Below are positions 44,201-56,421 of a stretch of 64,000 nt of DNA, in pieces. The stretch spans positions 8,122,001 to 8,186,000 of the forward strand of contig OX597820.1 in the NCBI GenBank assembly GCA_951406725.2. Reading direction: 5' to 3'. The first letter of the stretch is position 1; each line of letters starts with the position of its first letter. A model generated the notes under the pieces. That model was given only the letters and a program-made list of their open reading frames with translations. It ran no database searches and was not told where the DNA came from. Origin of the DNA: Octopus vulgaris (taxonomy: Eukaryota). The translations under genes and the position numbers were made by a program.

Positions 44201-47200
44201 ACATTCCAGAGAGGGGAATTTGAAGATGAAAGGGAGGAAGGGATGGAAGGAATATTAAACATTCCAGAGAGGGGGATTTGAAGGTGAAGGAGAGTAAGGG
44301 ATGGAAGGAATATTAAACATTCCAGAGAGGGGGGGATTTGAAGGTGAAGGAGAGGAAGGGATGGAAGGAATATTGAACATTCCAGAGAGGGGGATTTGAA
44401 GGTGAAGGGGAGGAAGGGATGGAAGGAATATTAAACATTCCAGAGAGGGGAATTTGAAGATGAAAGGGAGGAAGGATTGGAAGGAATATTAAACATTCCA
44501 GAGAGGGGGATTTGAAGGTGAAGGGGAGGAAGGGATGGAAGGAATATTAAACATTCCAGAGAGGGGGATTTGAAGGTGAATGGGAGGAAGTGATGGAAGG
44601 AATATTAAACATTCCAGTGAGGGGGATTTGAAGGTGAATAGGAGGAAGGGATGGAAGGAATATTAAACATTCCAGAGAGGGGGATTTGAAGGTGAAGGGG
44701 AGGAAGGGATGGAAGGAATATTAAACATTCCAGAGAGGGGGATTTGAAGGTGAAGGAGAGGAAGGGATGGAAGGAATATTAAACATTCCAGAGAGGGGGA
44801 TTTGAAGGTGAAGGGGAGGAAGGGATGGAAGGAATATTAAACATTCCAGAGAGGGGGATTTGAAGGTGAATGTGAGGAAGGGATGGAAGGAATATTAAAC
44901 ATTCCAGAGAGGGGGATTTGAAGGTGAAGGGGAGGAAGGGGAAGATGGAATATTAAACATTCCAGAGAGGGGGATTTGAAGGTGAAGGGGAGGAGGAAGG
45001 GGAATGGAAGGAATATTAAACATTCCAGAGAGGGGGATTTGAAGGTGAATGGGAGGAAGGGATGGAAGGAATATTAAAAATTCCAGAGAGGGGGATTTGA
45101 AGGTGAAGGAGAGTAAGGGATGGAAGGAATATTAAACATTCCAGAGAGGGGGATATGAAGGTGAAGGGGAGGAAGGGATGGAAGGAATATTAAACATTCC
45201 AGAGAGGGGGATTTGAAGGTGAAGGGGAGGAAGGGGAGGAAGGAATATTGAACATTCCAGAGAGGGGAATTTGAAGATGAAAGGGAGGAAGGGATGGAAG
45301 GAATAATAAAACATTCCAGAGAGGGGGATATGAAGGTGAATGGGAGGAAGGGATGGAAGGAATATTAAACATTCCAGAGAGGGGGATTTGAAGGTGAATG
45401 GGAGGAAGGGATGGAAGGAATATTGAACATTCCAGAGAGGGGGATTTGAAGGTGAAGTGGAGGAAGGGATGGAAGGAATATTAAACATTCCAGAGAGGGG
45501 GATTTGAAGGTGAATGGGAGGAAGTGATGGAAGGAATATTAAACATTCCAGAGAGGGGGATTTGAAGGTGAAGGGGAGGAAGGGGTAGAAGGAATATTGA
45601 ACATTCCAGAGTGGGGGATTTGAAGGTGAAGGGGAGGAAGGAATGGAAGGAATATTAAACATTCCAGAGAGGGGGATTTGAAGGTGAATGGGTGGAAGGG
45701 GTGGAAGTAATGTTAAACATTCCAGAAAGGGTATTTGAAGGTGAAGGGGAGGAAGGGAAGGAAGGGGAGGATGGAATATCGAACATTCCAGAGAGGGGGA
45801 TTTGAAGTTGAAGTGGAGGAAGGGGAGGAAGGTATATTGAACATTCCAGAAAGGGGGATTTGAAGGTGAATGGGAGGAAGGGATGGAAGGAATATTAAAC
45901 ATTCCAGAGAGATGGATTTGAAGGTGAAGGAGAGGAAGGGGAGGAAGGAATATTAAACATTCCAGAGAGGGGGATTTGAAAGCGAAGTGAGGAAGGGATG
46001 GAAGGAATATTGAACATTCCAGAATGGGGGATTTGAAGGTGAAGGAGAGGAAGGGGAGGAAGGAATATTGAACATTCCTGAGAGGGTGATTTGAAGGTGA
46101 AGGGGAGGAAGGGGATGGAAGGAATATTAAACATTCCAGAGAGGGGGATTTGAAGGTGAATGGGAGGAAGGGGAGGAAGGAATATTGAACATTCCAGAGA
46201 GGGGAATTTGAAGATGAAAGGGAGGAAGGAATGGAAGGAATATTAAACATTCCAGAGAGTGGGATTTGAAGGTGAAGGGTAGTAAGGGATGGAAGGAATA
46301 TTGAACATTCCAGAGAGGGGGATTTGAAGGTGAAGGAGAGGAAGGGGAGGAAGGAATATTAAACATTCCAGAGAGAGGGATTTGAAGGTTAATGGGAGGA
46401 AGGGGAGGAAGGAATATTAAACATTCCAGAGAGGGGGATTTAAAGGTGAAGGGGAGGAAGGGATGGAAGGAATATTAAACATTCCAGAAAGGGGGATTTG
46501 AAGGTGAAGGGGAGGAAGGGGAGGAAGGAATATTAAACATTCCAGAGAGGGGGATTTGAAGGTGAAGGAGAGGAAGGGGAGGAAGGAATATTAAACATTC
46601 CAGAAAGGGGGATTTGAAGGTGAAGGTTAGGAAGGGGAGGAAGGAATATTGAACATTCCAGAAAGGGGGATTTGAAGGTGTAGCGGAGGGAGGGATGGAA
46701 GGAATATTAAACATTCCAGAGAGGGGGATTTGAAGGTGAAGTGGAGGAAGGGATGGAAGGAATATTGAACATTCCAGAGAGGGGGATTTGAAGGTGAAGG
46801 AGAGGAAGGGATGGAAGGAATATTAAACATTCCAGAGAGTGGGAATTTGAAGGTTGAATGGGAAGGAAGGGATGGAAGGAATATTGAACATTCCAGAGAG
46901 GGGGATTTGAAGGTGAAGGAGAGGAAGGGGAGAAAGGAATATTAAACATTCCAGAGAGGGGATTTGAAGGTGAAGGGGAGGAAGGGATGGAAGGAATATT
47001 AAACATTCCAGAGAGGGGGATTTGAAGGTGAAGGAGAGTAAGGGATAGAAGGAATATTAAACATTCCAGAAAGGGGGTTTGAAGGTGAAGGTGAGGAAGG
47101 GATGGAAGGAATATTAAGCATTCCAGTGAGGGGGATTTGAAGGTGAATGGGAGGGAAGGGATGGAAGGAATATTAAACATTCCAGAGAGGGGGATTTGAA

Positions 47201-50200
47201 GGTGAAATAGGAGGAAGGGGATGGAAGGAATATTAAACATTCCAGAGAGGGGGATTTGAAGGTGAAGGAGAGTAAGCGATGGAAGGAATATTAAACATTC
47301 CAGTGAGGGGGATTTGAAGGTGAATGGGAAGGAGGGATGGAAGGAATATTAAACATTCCAGAGAAGGGGATTTGAAGGTGAAGGGGAGGAAGGGATGGAA
47401 GGAATATTAAACATTCCAGAGAGGGGGATTTGAAGGTGAAGGGGAGGTAGGGATGGAAGGAATATTAAACATTCCAGAGAGGGGGATTTGAAGGTGAAGG
47501 GGAGGAAGGGATAGAAGGAATATTAAACATTCCAGAGAGGGGGATTTGAAGGTGAATGGGAGGAAGGGGAGGAAGGCATATTGAACATTCCAGAGAGGGG
47601 AATTTGAAGATGAAAGGGAGGAAGGAATGGAAGGAATATTAAACATTCCAGAGAGGGGGATTTGAAGGTGAAGGGGAGGAAGGGATGGAAGGAATATTAA
47701 ACATTCCAGAGAGGGGGATTTGAAGGTGAATGGGAGTAAGGGATGGAAGGAATATTAAACATTCCAGTGAGGGGGATTTGAAGGTGAATGGGAGGAAGGG
47801 ATGGAAGGAATATTAAACATTCCAGAGAGGGGGATTTGAAGGTGAAGGGGAGGAGGGATGGAAGGAATATTAAACATTCCAGAGAGGGGGATTTGAAGGT
47901 GAAGGGGAGGAAGGTATGGATGGAATATTAAACATTCCAGAGAGGGGGATTTGAAGGTGAAGGGGAGGAAGGGATGGAAGGAATATTAAACATTCCAGAG
48001 AGGGGGATTTGAAGGTGAATGGAGAGGAAGGGGATGGAAGGAATATTAAACATTCCAGAGAGGGGGATTTGAAGGTGAAGGGGAGGAAGGGATGGAAGGA
48101 ATATTAAACATTCCAGAGAGGGGGATTTGAAGGTGAATGGGAGGAAGGGAAGGAAGGAATATTAAACATTCCAGAGAGGGGGAATTTGAAGGTGAATGGG
48201 AGGAAGGGATGGAAGGAATATTAAACATTCCAGAGAGGGGGATTTAAAGGTGAATGGGAGGAAGGGATGGAAGGAATATTAAACATTCCAGAGAGGGGGA
48301 TATGAAGGTGAAGGGGAGGAAGGGATGGAAGGAATATTAAACATTCCAGAGAGGGGGATTTGAAGGTGAAGGGGAGGAAGGTATGGAAGGAATATTAAAC
48401 ATTCCAGAGAGGGGGATTTGAAGGTGAAGGGGAGGGAGGGATGGAAGGAATATTAAACATTCCAGAGAGGGGGATTTGAAGGTGAATGGGAGGAAGGGGT
48501 GGAAGTAATGTTAAACATTCCAGAAAGGGGGATTTGAAGGTGAAGGGGAGGAAGGGGAGGAAGGGGAGGAAGGTGAGGATGGAATTTTGAACATTCCAGA
48601 GAGGGGGATTTGAAGTTGAAGTGGAGGAAGGGGAGGAAGGTATATTGAACATTCCAGAAAGTGGGATTTGAAGGTGAAGAGAGTAAGGGATGGAAGGAAT
48701 ATTAAACATTCCAGAGAGGCGGATTTGAAGGTGAATGAGAGGAAGGGATGGAAGGAATATTAAACATTCCAGAGAGGGGGATTTGAAGCGTGAAGGGAGG
48801 AAGGGATGGAAGGAATATTGAACATTCCAGAAAGGGGGATTTGAAGGTGAAGGAGAGGAAGGGGAGGAAGGAATATTAAACATTCCAGAAAGGGGGATTT
48901 GAAGGTGAAGGGGAGGAAGGGAGGAAGGAATATTAAACATTCCAGAGAGGGGGATTTGAAGGTGAAGGTTAGGAAGGGGAGGAAGGAATATTAAACATTC
49001 CAGAGAGGGGGATTTGAAGATGAAAGGGGAGGAAGGAATGGAAGGAATATTAAACATTCCAGAGCGTAGGATTTGAAGGTGAAGGAGAGTAAGGGATGGA
49101 AGGAATATTGAACATTCCAGAGAGGGGGATTTGAAGGTGAAGAGAGGAAGGGGGAGGAAGGAATATTAAACATTCCAGAGAGGGGGATTTGAAGGTGAAT
49201 GGGAGGAAGGGGAGGAAGGAATATTGAACATTCCAGAGAGGGGGATTTGAAGGTGAAGGGGAGGAAGGGGAGGAAGGAATATTAAACATTCCAGAAAAGG
49301 GGATTTTAAGGTGAAGGGTAGGAAGGGGAGGAAGGAATATTGAACATTCCAGAGAGGGGGATTTGAAGGTGAAGGAGAGGAAGGGGAGGAAGGAATATTA
49401 AACATTCCAGAAAGGGGGATTTGAAGGTGAAGGTGGGAAGGGGAGGAAGGAATATTGAACATTCCAGAAAGGGGGATTTGAAGGTGAAGGGGAGGAAGGG
49501 ATGGAAGGAATATTGAACATTCCAAAATGGGGGATTTGAAGGTGAAGCGAGGAAGGTGAGGAAGAAATATTAAACATTTCAGAAAGGGCGATTTGATGGT
49601 GAAGGGGAGGAAGGAGAGGGAGGAATATTGAACATTCCAGAGAAGGGGATTTGAAGGTGAAGGGGAGGAAGGAATGGAAGGTATATTGAACATTCCAGAG
49701 AGGGGAATTTGAAGGTGAAGGGGAGGAAGGGGAGGAAGGAATATTAAACATTCCAAAAAGGGGGATTTGAAGGTGAAGGTTAGGATGGGGAGGAAGGAAT
49801 ATTAAAAATTCCAGAGAGGGTGATTTGAAGGTGAAGTGGAGGAAGGAATGGAAGGAATATTGAACATTCCAGAGAGAGGGATTTGAGGGTGAAGAAGTGG
49901 AGATGATGTAAGGAATATTGAACATACCAGAGAGGGGGATTTGAAGGTGAAGGGGAGGAAGGGGAGGAAGGAATATTAAACATTCCAGAAAGGGGGATTT
50001 GAAGGTGAAGGGGAGGAAGGGGAGGAAGGGGAGAAAGGAATATTGAACATTCCAGAGAGGGGGATTTGAAGGTGAAGGGGAGGAAATGGAGGAAGGAATA
50101 TTGAACATTCCAGAGAGGGGAATTTAAAGGTGAAGGGGAGGAAGGGGAGGAAGGAATATTGAACATTCCAGAGAGGGGGATTTGAAGGTGACTGGGAGGA

Positions 50201-51694
50201 AGTGGAGGATGGAATATTAAAAATTCCTGAGAGGGGGATTTGAAGATGAAGGGGAGGAAGGAATGGAAGGAATATTGAACATTCAAGAGAGGGGGATTTG
50301 AGGGTGAAGAAGTGGAAGTGATGGAAGGAATATTGAACATTCCAGAGAGGGGGATTTGAAGGTGAAGGGGAGGAAGGGGAAGAAGGAATATTGAACATTC
50401 CAGAGAGGGGGATTTGAAGGTGAAGGGGAGGAAGGGGAGGAAGGAATATTGAACATTCCAGAGAGGGGGATTTGAAGGTGAAGTGGAAGTGATGAAAGGA
50501 CTATTGAACATTCCAGAGAGGGGGGATTTGAAGGTGAAGGGGAGGAAGGGGAGGAAGGAATATTGAACATTCCAGAAAGGGGGATTTGAAGGTGAAGGGG
50601 AGGAAGGGGAGGAAGGAATATTGAACATTCCAGAGAGGGGGATTTGAAGGTGAAGGGGAGGAAGGAGAGGAATGAATATTGACCATTCCAGAGAGAGGAT
50701 TTGAAGGTGAAGGGGAAAAATGAATTTTGAACATTTCAGAGAGGGTGATTTGAAGGTGAAGGAGAGGAAGGGGAGGAAGGAATATTGAACATTCCATCGA
50801 GTGGGATTTGAAGGTGAAGGAGAGGAAGGGGAGGAAGGAATATTAAACATTCCAGAAAGGGGTATTTGAAGGTGAAGGGGAGGAAGGGGAGAAAGGAATA
50901 TTGAACATTCCAGAGAGGGGGATTTTAAGGTGAAGGGGCGGATGGGGAGGAAGGAATATTGAACATTCCAGAGAGGGGGATTTGAACTTGAAGGGGAGGA
51001 AGGAGAGGAAGGAATATTGAACATTCCAGAGAGGGGGATTTGAAGGTGAAGGGGAGGAAGGAGAGGAAGGAATATTGAACATTCCAGAGAGGGGGATTTG
51101 AAGGTGGAGGGGAGGAAGGAATGTTAAACATTCCAGAGAGGGGGATTTGAAGGTGAAGGAGAGGAAGGGGAGGAAAGAATATTGAACATTTCGGAGAGGG
51201 GGATTTGAAGGTGAAGGGGTGGAAGGGGATGAAGGACTATTGAACATTCCAGAGAGGGGATTTGAAGTTGAAGGGGAGAAAGGAGTTAAAGGAATTTGAG
51301 AGGTGACGGGGAAGAAGGGGAGGAAGGAATGTTGAACATTCCAGGTAGGTGAATTTGAGAGATGATGTGGTGGAATGAATGTTGAACATTCCAGAGAGGG
51401 AGATTTGAAGGTGAATGGGAGGAACGGGAGGAAGGAATATTGAACATTCCAGAGAGGTGGATTTGAAGGAGAAGGGGAGGAAAGAATATTGAACATTCCA
51501 TAGAGGTGGATTTGAGAGGTGAAGGGGAAGAATTGGAGGAAGGGATGTTGAACATTCCAGAGATGGCGATTTTAGAAGTGCAGGGGTGGAAGGGCAGGAG
51601 GGACTGTTGAACATTCCAGAGATGTGGATTTGAGTAGTGAAGTGGAGAAAATGAAGAAGGAACGTGAAACATTCCAGAGAGTGATTTTTGAGAT

Positions 51695-54600
51695 GTGTTA
51701 GAATATCCTCTTAACTTTCAAAGAGCATTTCGACGAAATTTCCAGGAACTTTGAAAAACATCGGAACTTTCAATGAAGTTTTCGTACAAACTTCCCGGAC
51801 ATGAGAAATCCCTCGGAACACTCCAGGATGTCTTCGCCCAAACTTCCCGGAATTTAGAAAATCCTCGGAACTTCTCCCGACATTTTCGACCCCACTTCCC
51901 GGAAGTAACAAAATACTCAGAAGTTACCAGTAAATTTTTTGACCGAACTTCCCGGAAGTTAGGCAATCCTCGGAACTTCCCAACGATTTTTGATCAAACT
52001 TCCTGAGAGTTAGAAAATCCACAGAACTTCCCAGGAATATTTCGACCAAACTTCCCGGAATTTATAAAATCCTGTGTAATTCCTATGAAATTTTCGACCA
52101 AACTTCATCAAAACTTCCCAGTTTTCGACCAAACCTCCTAGAAGTTAGAAAATCCTCCCAGCTTTCCAGGAATTTTTCGACCGAACTTCCCAGAAGTTGG
52201 AAAATCCTTCGAAATCCCTAGGTAGTTTTTCATCAAACTTTCCCGACGTAAGAAAATCCTAGGAACGTCCGAGTAAGTTTTCGACCAAACTTCTTTGTAG
52301 TTAGAAAATCCTCGGAGCTTCTCAGGAAGATTTCGACCAAACTGCCCGGAAATGAGAAAATCCTCGGAACTTCCCTGAAAATTTTCGACGAAACTTCCCT
52401 GGAATTTAGAACATCCTCGCGATTAAATTTTCGACTAGATTTCCCGGAAGTTAGAAAATCCTCGGAAATTCCCTAGAAGTTTTCGACCAAACTTCCCGGA
52501 ATTTAGAAAATCCTCAGAACTTCATAGAAAATGCTGGGAATTTCCCATGAAGTTGGGAACTGCTTAGGAAGTTTTCGACCAAACTTCCCGGAAGTTTGAA
52601 ACTTCTCGGAACTTCCCTAGAAGTTTTCGACAAAACTTCCCAAAAGTTAGAAAATCCTCGGAACTTCCCATCAAGTTGTCGACCGAACATCCTCAGAACT
52701 TTTTTGGAAGTTTTCGACCAAACTTACCGCATGTAGGAAAATCCTCGGAAATTCCCATGAAAATTTCGGCCAAACTTCCCGGAACTTAAGAAATCCTAGG
52801 ATCCTCCTCTGAAGTTTTCGACCAAACTTCCCAGATTTTAGAAAATCCTCAGAACTCAGTTTTCCGCCAAACTTCCCTTAAGTTAGAAGATACCCGGAAC
52901 TTCCCAGAAGATTTCGACCAAATTTCCTGGAAGTTAGAAAATGCTCCGAACTTCCCTGGAAGTTGTCGACCAATCTTCTCGGAACCTCCCTGGAAGTTTT
53001 CGACCAAACTTCCTGGAAGTTTAAAAAATCCTTGGAAATGCTTCCCGGAAGCTTGAAACTTCTCGGAACTTCACATGAAGTTTACGACCAAACTTCCCAA
53101 ATTTAGAAAATCCTCGGAATCCCCATCAAGTTGTCGACCGAACATCCCTGAAGTTAAAAAATCCTTGCAACTTAGGAAGTTAGAAAAGTTTTCGACCAAA
53201 CTTCCCTAAAGTTAGAAAATGCTGGGAACTGCCCATGATGTTTTTGACCGACCTTGCCTGTAGTTCAAACTACTTCTCGGAACTTCCCTAGAAGTTTTCG
53301 ACCAAACTTCCCGGAAGTTAGAAATCCTCGGAACGCCCATGAAATTTTCGACCAAACTTCTTGGAAGTTTGAAACTTCACGGAACTTCCCATGAAGTTTT
53401 CGACCAAACTTCCTGGAAGTTAGAAACTTCTCGGAAATTCCCTAGATGTTTTCGACCAAACTTCCCGGAAGTTTGAAAATCCTTGGAACTTCCCATGTAA
53501 TTTTCGTTTAAACCTCCCGGAAATCATCGGGAATTCCCTAGAAGGTTTCGACCAAACTCACCACATGTTTGAAAATCCTCGGAACTTCCCTTGAAGTTTT
53601 CGACCAAACTTCCCGGAAGTTAGTAAATCATCGGAGCTTCCCAAACATCCCGATAATTTTTTTTAATCCTTGGAACTTCTTACGAATTCTTCGATCAAAT
53701 TTCCCGCAATTTTGAAACTTGTCGGAACTTCCCATGAAGTTTTCGACCAAACAACCCGGAAGTTAGAAACTTCTCGGAATTTCCCTAGAAGTTTTCTTCC
53801 AAACTTCCTTGAAGTTAGAAAATCCTCGGAACTTCCCAGAAGATTTCGACCAAACTTCCTGGGAGTTCGAAACTTCTCTGAAATTTTGACCAAACTTTTC
53901 GGAAGTTTGAAATTTCTCGGAACTTCCCGAGAGTTTTCGGCCAATCTTCCGCGAAGTTACAAAATCTTCGGAACTTCCCTGGAAGTTTTCGACCAAACTT
54001 CCCGGAAGTTAGAAAACCATCGGAACTTCCCTGAAAGTTTTAGTCCATACTTCCTGGAAGTTACAAAATCCTTTGAACTTCCCAGGAAATTTTCGACCAA
54101 ACTTTCCGGATGTTAGAAAATCCTCGGAACTTCCCTGGAAGTTACGACCAATCTTCCCGAAAGTTAGAAAATGCTCTGAAGTTCCCATGAAGTTTTTGAC
54201 CAAACTTGCCGCATGTTAGAAGATCCTGGGGACTTACCTGGGAGTTTTCGACCAAACTTCCCGGATGTTAAAAAATCCTTGGAACTTCCCAGGTATATAT
54301 CGACCAAAGTTCCATGGAATTAGAAATTCCTTGACTAAACTTCCCGGAAGTTAGAAAATCCTCGGATCTTCCCAGGTGTATATCGACCAAACTTCCATAG
54401 AATTAGAAATTCCTGCACCAAACTTCCCGGAAGTTAGAAAATCTTCGAAACTTACCTGGAACTTTTCGACCAAACTTCCCGCAAGTTAGAAAATCCTCGG
54501 AATTTCCCAGGAAGTTTTCGACCAAACTTCCTCGAAGTTAGAAAATTCTCGGAACTTCCCAGGAAGTTTTCGACCAAACTTCCCCGAATTTAGAAAATCC

Positions 54601-54801
54601 TCGGAAATTCACTGGAAGTTTTCGACCAAATTACCAGGAAATTAGAAAATCCTCAGAACTACCCAGGAGATCTTCGACCAAATGTGCAGTAAGTTAGAAA
54701 ACCCTCATGACTTCCCATGAAATTTCGACCAATGTTCCCGGGTGTTAGAATATCCTCGGAACTTTACAGGAACTTTTCGACCAATTTTCCAGGAAGTTAG
54801 A
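51695..54801 (+). repeat. 52-bp tandem satellite (about 59 monomers), more diverged than the 58-bp array
   Basis: Consensus AACTTCCCGGAAGTTAGAAAATCCTCGGAACTTCCCAGGAAGTTTTCGACCA. A period of 52 is seen at 54421, 54473 and 54525. It is built from 28- and 24-bp halves that each begin with an AACTTCC-N1/2-GGAAGTT palindrome. Confidence 0.97.
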
Positions 54802-55262
54802 CTACGAGATGTTCCTCCAACTATTTCCATATGAATGTGATTCTATATATTTCTCTTTGGTGTCAGGAGACTTAACGGAAGGAATTTTTGCAAGATTTGG
54901 AATTATTTTTGTCAGAATAGAGCTGTCTTCAAGAATCCAAGTAATGTTATGTATTGAAGAGTAGCCGTAGATGCTTGTCATGTTGTTGTTCTTGTTGTTT
55001 GCTACTACTGTTATTGTTGTCACATACTTTTTATTTTGACGCTACTTTGCTTCTGAAGTTGGTTAGTCATAAATTCCTTTGGGAATTTTAAGCCCAGCTT
55101 CATCACTTTTATTTGTTTATTTTTGTTCTTTGTTTTTGCTTTGAAACGAAATCTAGCTTCAAGCATCTTATACAGATAGTTTTTTAGACACCATTTTCTG
55201 AAACTGGTAAAATTATGTAGTGGGGCTGAAAATTTTGATCTTGCACCACCTGAAAATTCCAA

Positions 55263-55306
55263 GGGGTGCAGGTGCACCCGCTGCACCCCCTGTTCCCGGG
55301 CCCTTG
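55263..55306 (-). mobile_element. Possible single terminus of a DNA transposon (hAT-like)
   Basis: Minus strand reads CAAGGGCCCGGGAACAGGGGGTGCAGCGGGTGCACCTGCACCCC: a GC-rich end followed by a GGGGTGCAG/CTGCACCCC subterminal hairpin, resembling animal hAT ends. No partner end was found. Confidence 0.3.
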
Positions 55307-55358
55307 GGTGGCTGTGGTGATAGCGGCGGGGCTGACGTTAGTCCTGACGTTGATGGTA

Positions 55359-56001
55359 CTACCAACACCATCACCACCAGCACCACCATCACTATCACCA
55401 CCGTCACAACAACTACCATTATCACATTAACATCAACATCATCAACACCATCGACATCACCACCACCGCCACCAGCACCACTATCACCACTACCACTACC
55501 ACCACCATCACCATCACCACCATCACCACCACCATCACCACCACCACCACCACCATCACCACCATCACCACCATCACCACCACCATCACCACCACCACCA
55601 CCATCACCACCACCACCACTACTACCACCATCACCACCACTATCACGACGACGATGACCATCACCACCACCATCACCACCACCACCACTACCACCACCAC
55701 CACCATCACCACCATCACCATCACGACGACCATCACCACCACCATCACCACCACCACCACTACCACCACCACCACCACCACCACCACCACCACCACACCA
55801 CCACCACCACTACCACCATCATCACCACCACTACTATCACGACAACGATGATGACCATCACCACCACCACCTCCAGCATCACCCCTACCACTATCATCAC
55901 CATCACAACGACTACCACTACAACTGCCATCACTATCATCATCATCATCATCATTAACAATCATCAACACCATCAACACCATCAACACCATCGCCATCAT
56001 C
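55359..56001 (+). repeat. Degenerate (CAC/CAT)n trinucleotide microsatellite
   Basis: About 640 bp of ACC/ATC/ACT triplets. Confidence 0.97.
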
Positions 56002-56421
56002 GCCCCGTAGGAGAGCCTATGCAAGTAATTGCTGCTTCCTTAAAACTGAGATTACACACCTCGACCGCCTGTCATGTGACCTAGTGGCAGATGACGTCAT
56101 ACCGGATTCAAATGACGAGTTGTAATGGGTCAGGAAATGAATAATTCAAATAGGAAAATGAATCTATGTGAATGTATACACACCTGCGCGCGTCTGTGTG
56201 CGTTTGTGTATGTGCGTGTGTGTGTTAAATATATTTCTATGTATTTTTGTAAATATGTCCTCCCCCACTTATATATGCATAAATATATAATTTACCCCTA
56301 TATGCATGTATATATACATATAGATGTAGGTATGTACATATATGTATGTATATATGCATATGTTTTATTAATTTGTTATTATATATATATATACTTTATT
56401 TAATGCAGCAGAAAATTCAAC

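Larger units (their letters stand above)
1..51694 (+). repeat. 58-bp tandem satellite array (about 890 monomers; runs off the left edge of the window)
   Basis: Consensus AACATTCCAGAGAGGGGGATTTGAAGGTGAAGGGGAGGAAGGGATGGAAGGAATATTA (58 nt) repeats head-to-tail throughout. There are 57-bp variants and 67-bp variants carrying a 9-bp GGAAGGGGA duplication. Monomers decay progressively from about 49.5 kb to 51694. Confidence 0.99.

Noticed and set aside
388-51672. Well over a hundred minus-strand ORFs (MFNIPSIPSSPSPSNPPLWNV...)
   Set aside because: They are translations of the pyrimidine strand of the 58-bp satellite. The period is not a multiple of 3, all frames give the same cycling peptides, and ORF length depends mainly on one TAA/CAA variant.
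51711-54203. ORFs within the 52-bp satellite
   Set aside because: Repeat-derived peptides with no domain signal.
1-54801. CRISPR-like appearance (conserved palindromic block alternating with a variable block)
   Set aside because: The variable parts are near-identical homologues rather than unique spacers. There are no cas genes and the context is eukaryotic.
54802-55286. Two short minus-strand ORFs next to the satellite
   Set aside because: No recognisable domain or supportable exon structure.
55213-56084. Pro-, Thr-, Val- and His-rich ORFs resembling extensin or mucin
   Set aside because: Open in several frames only because of the (CAC/CAT)n microsatellite.
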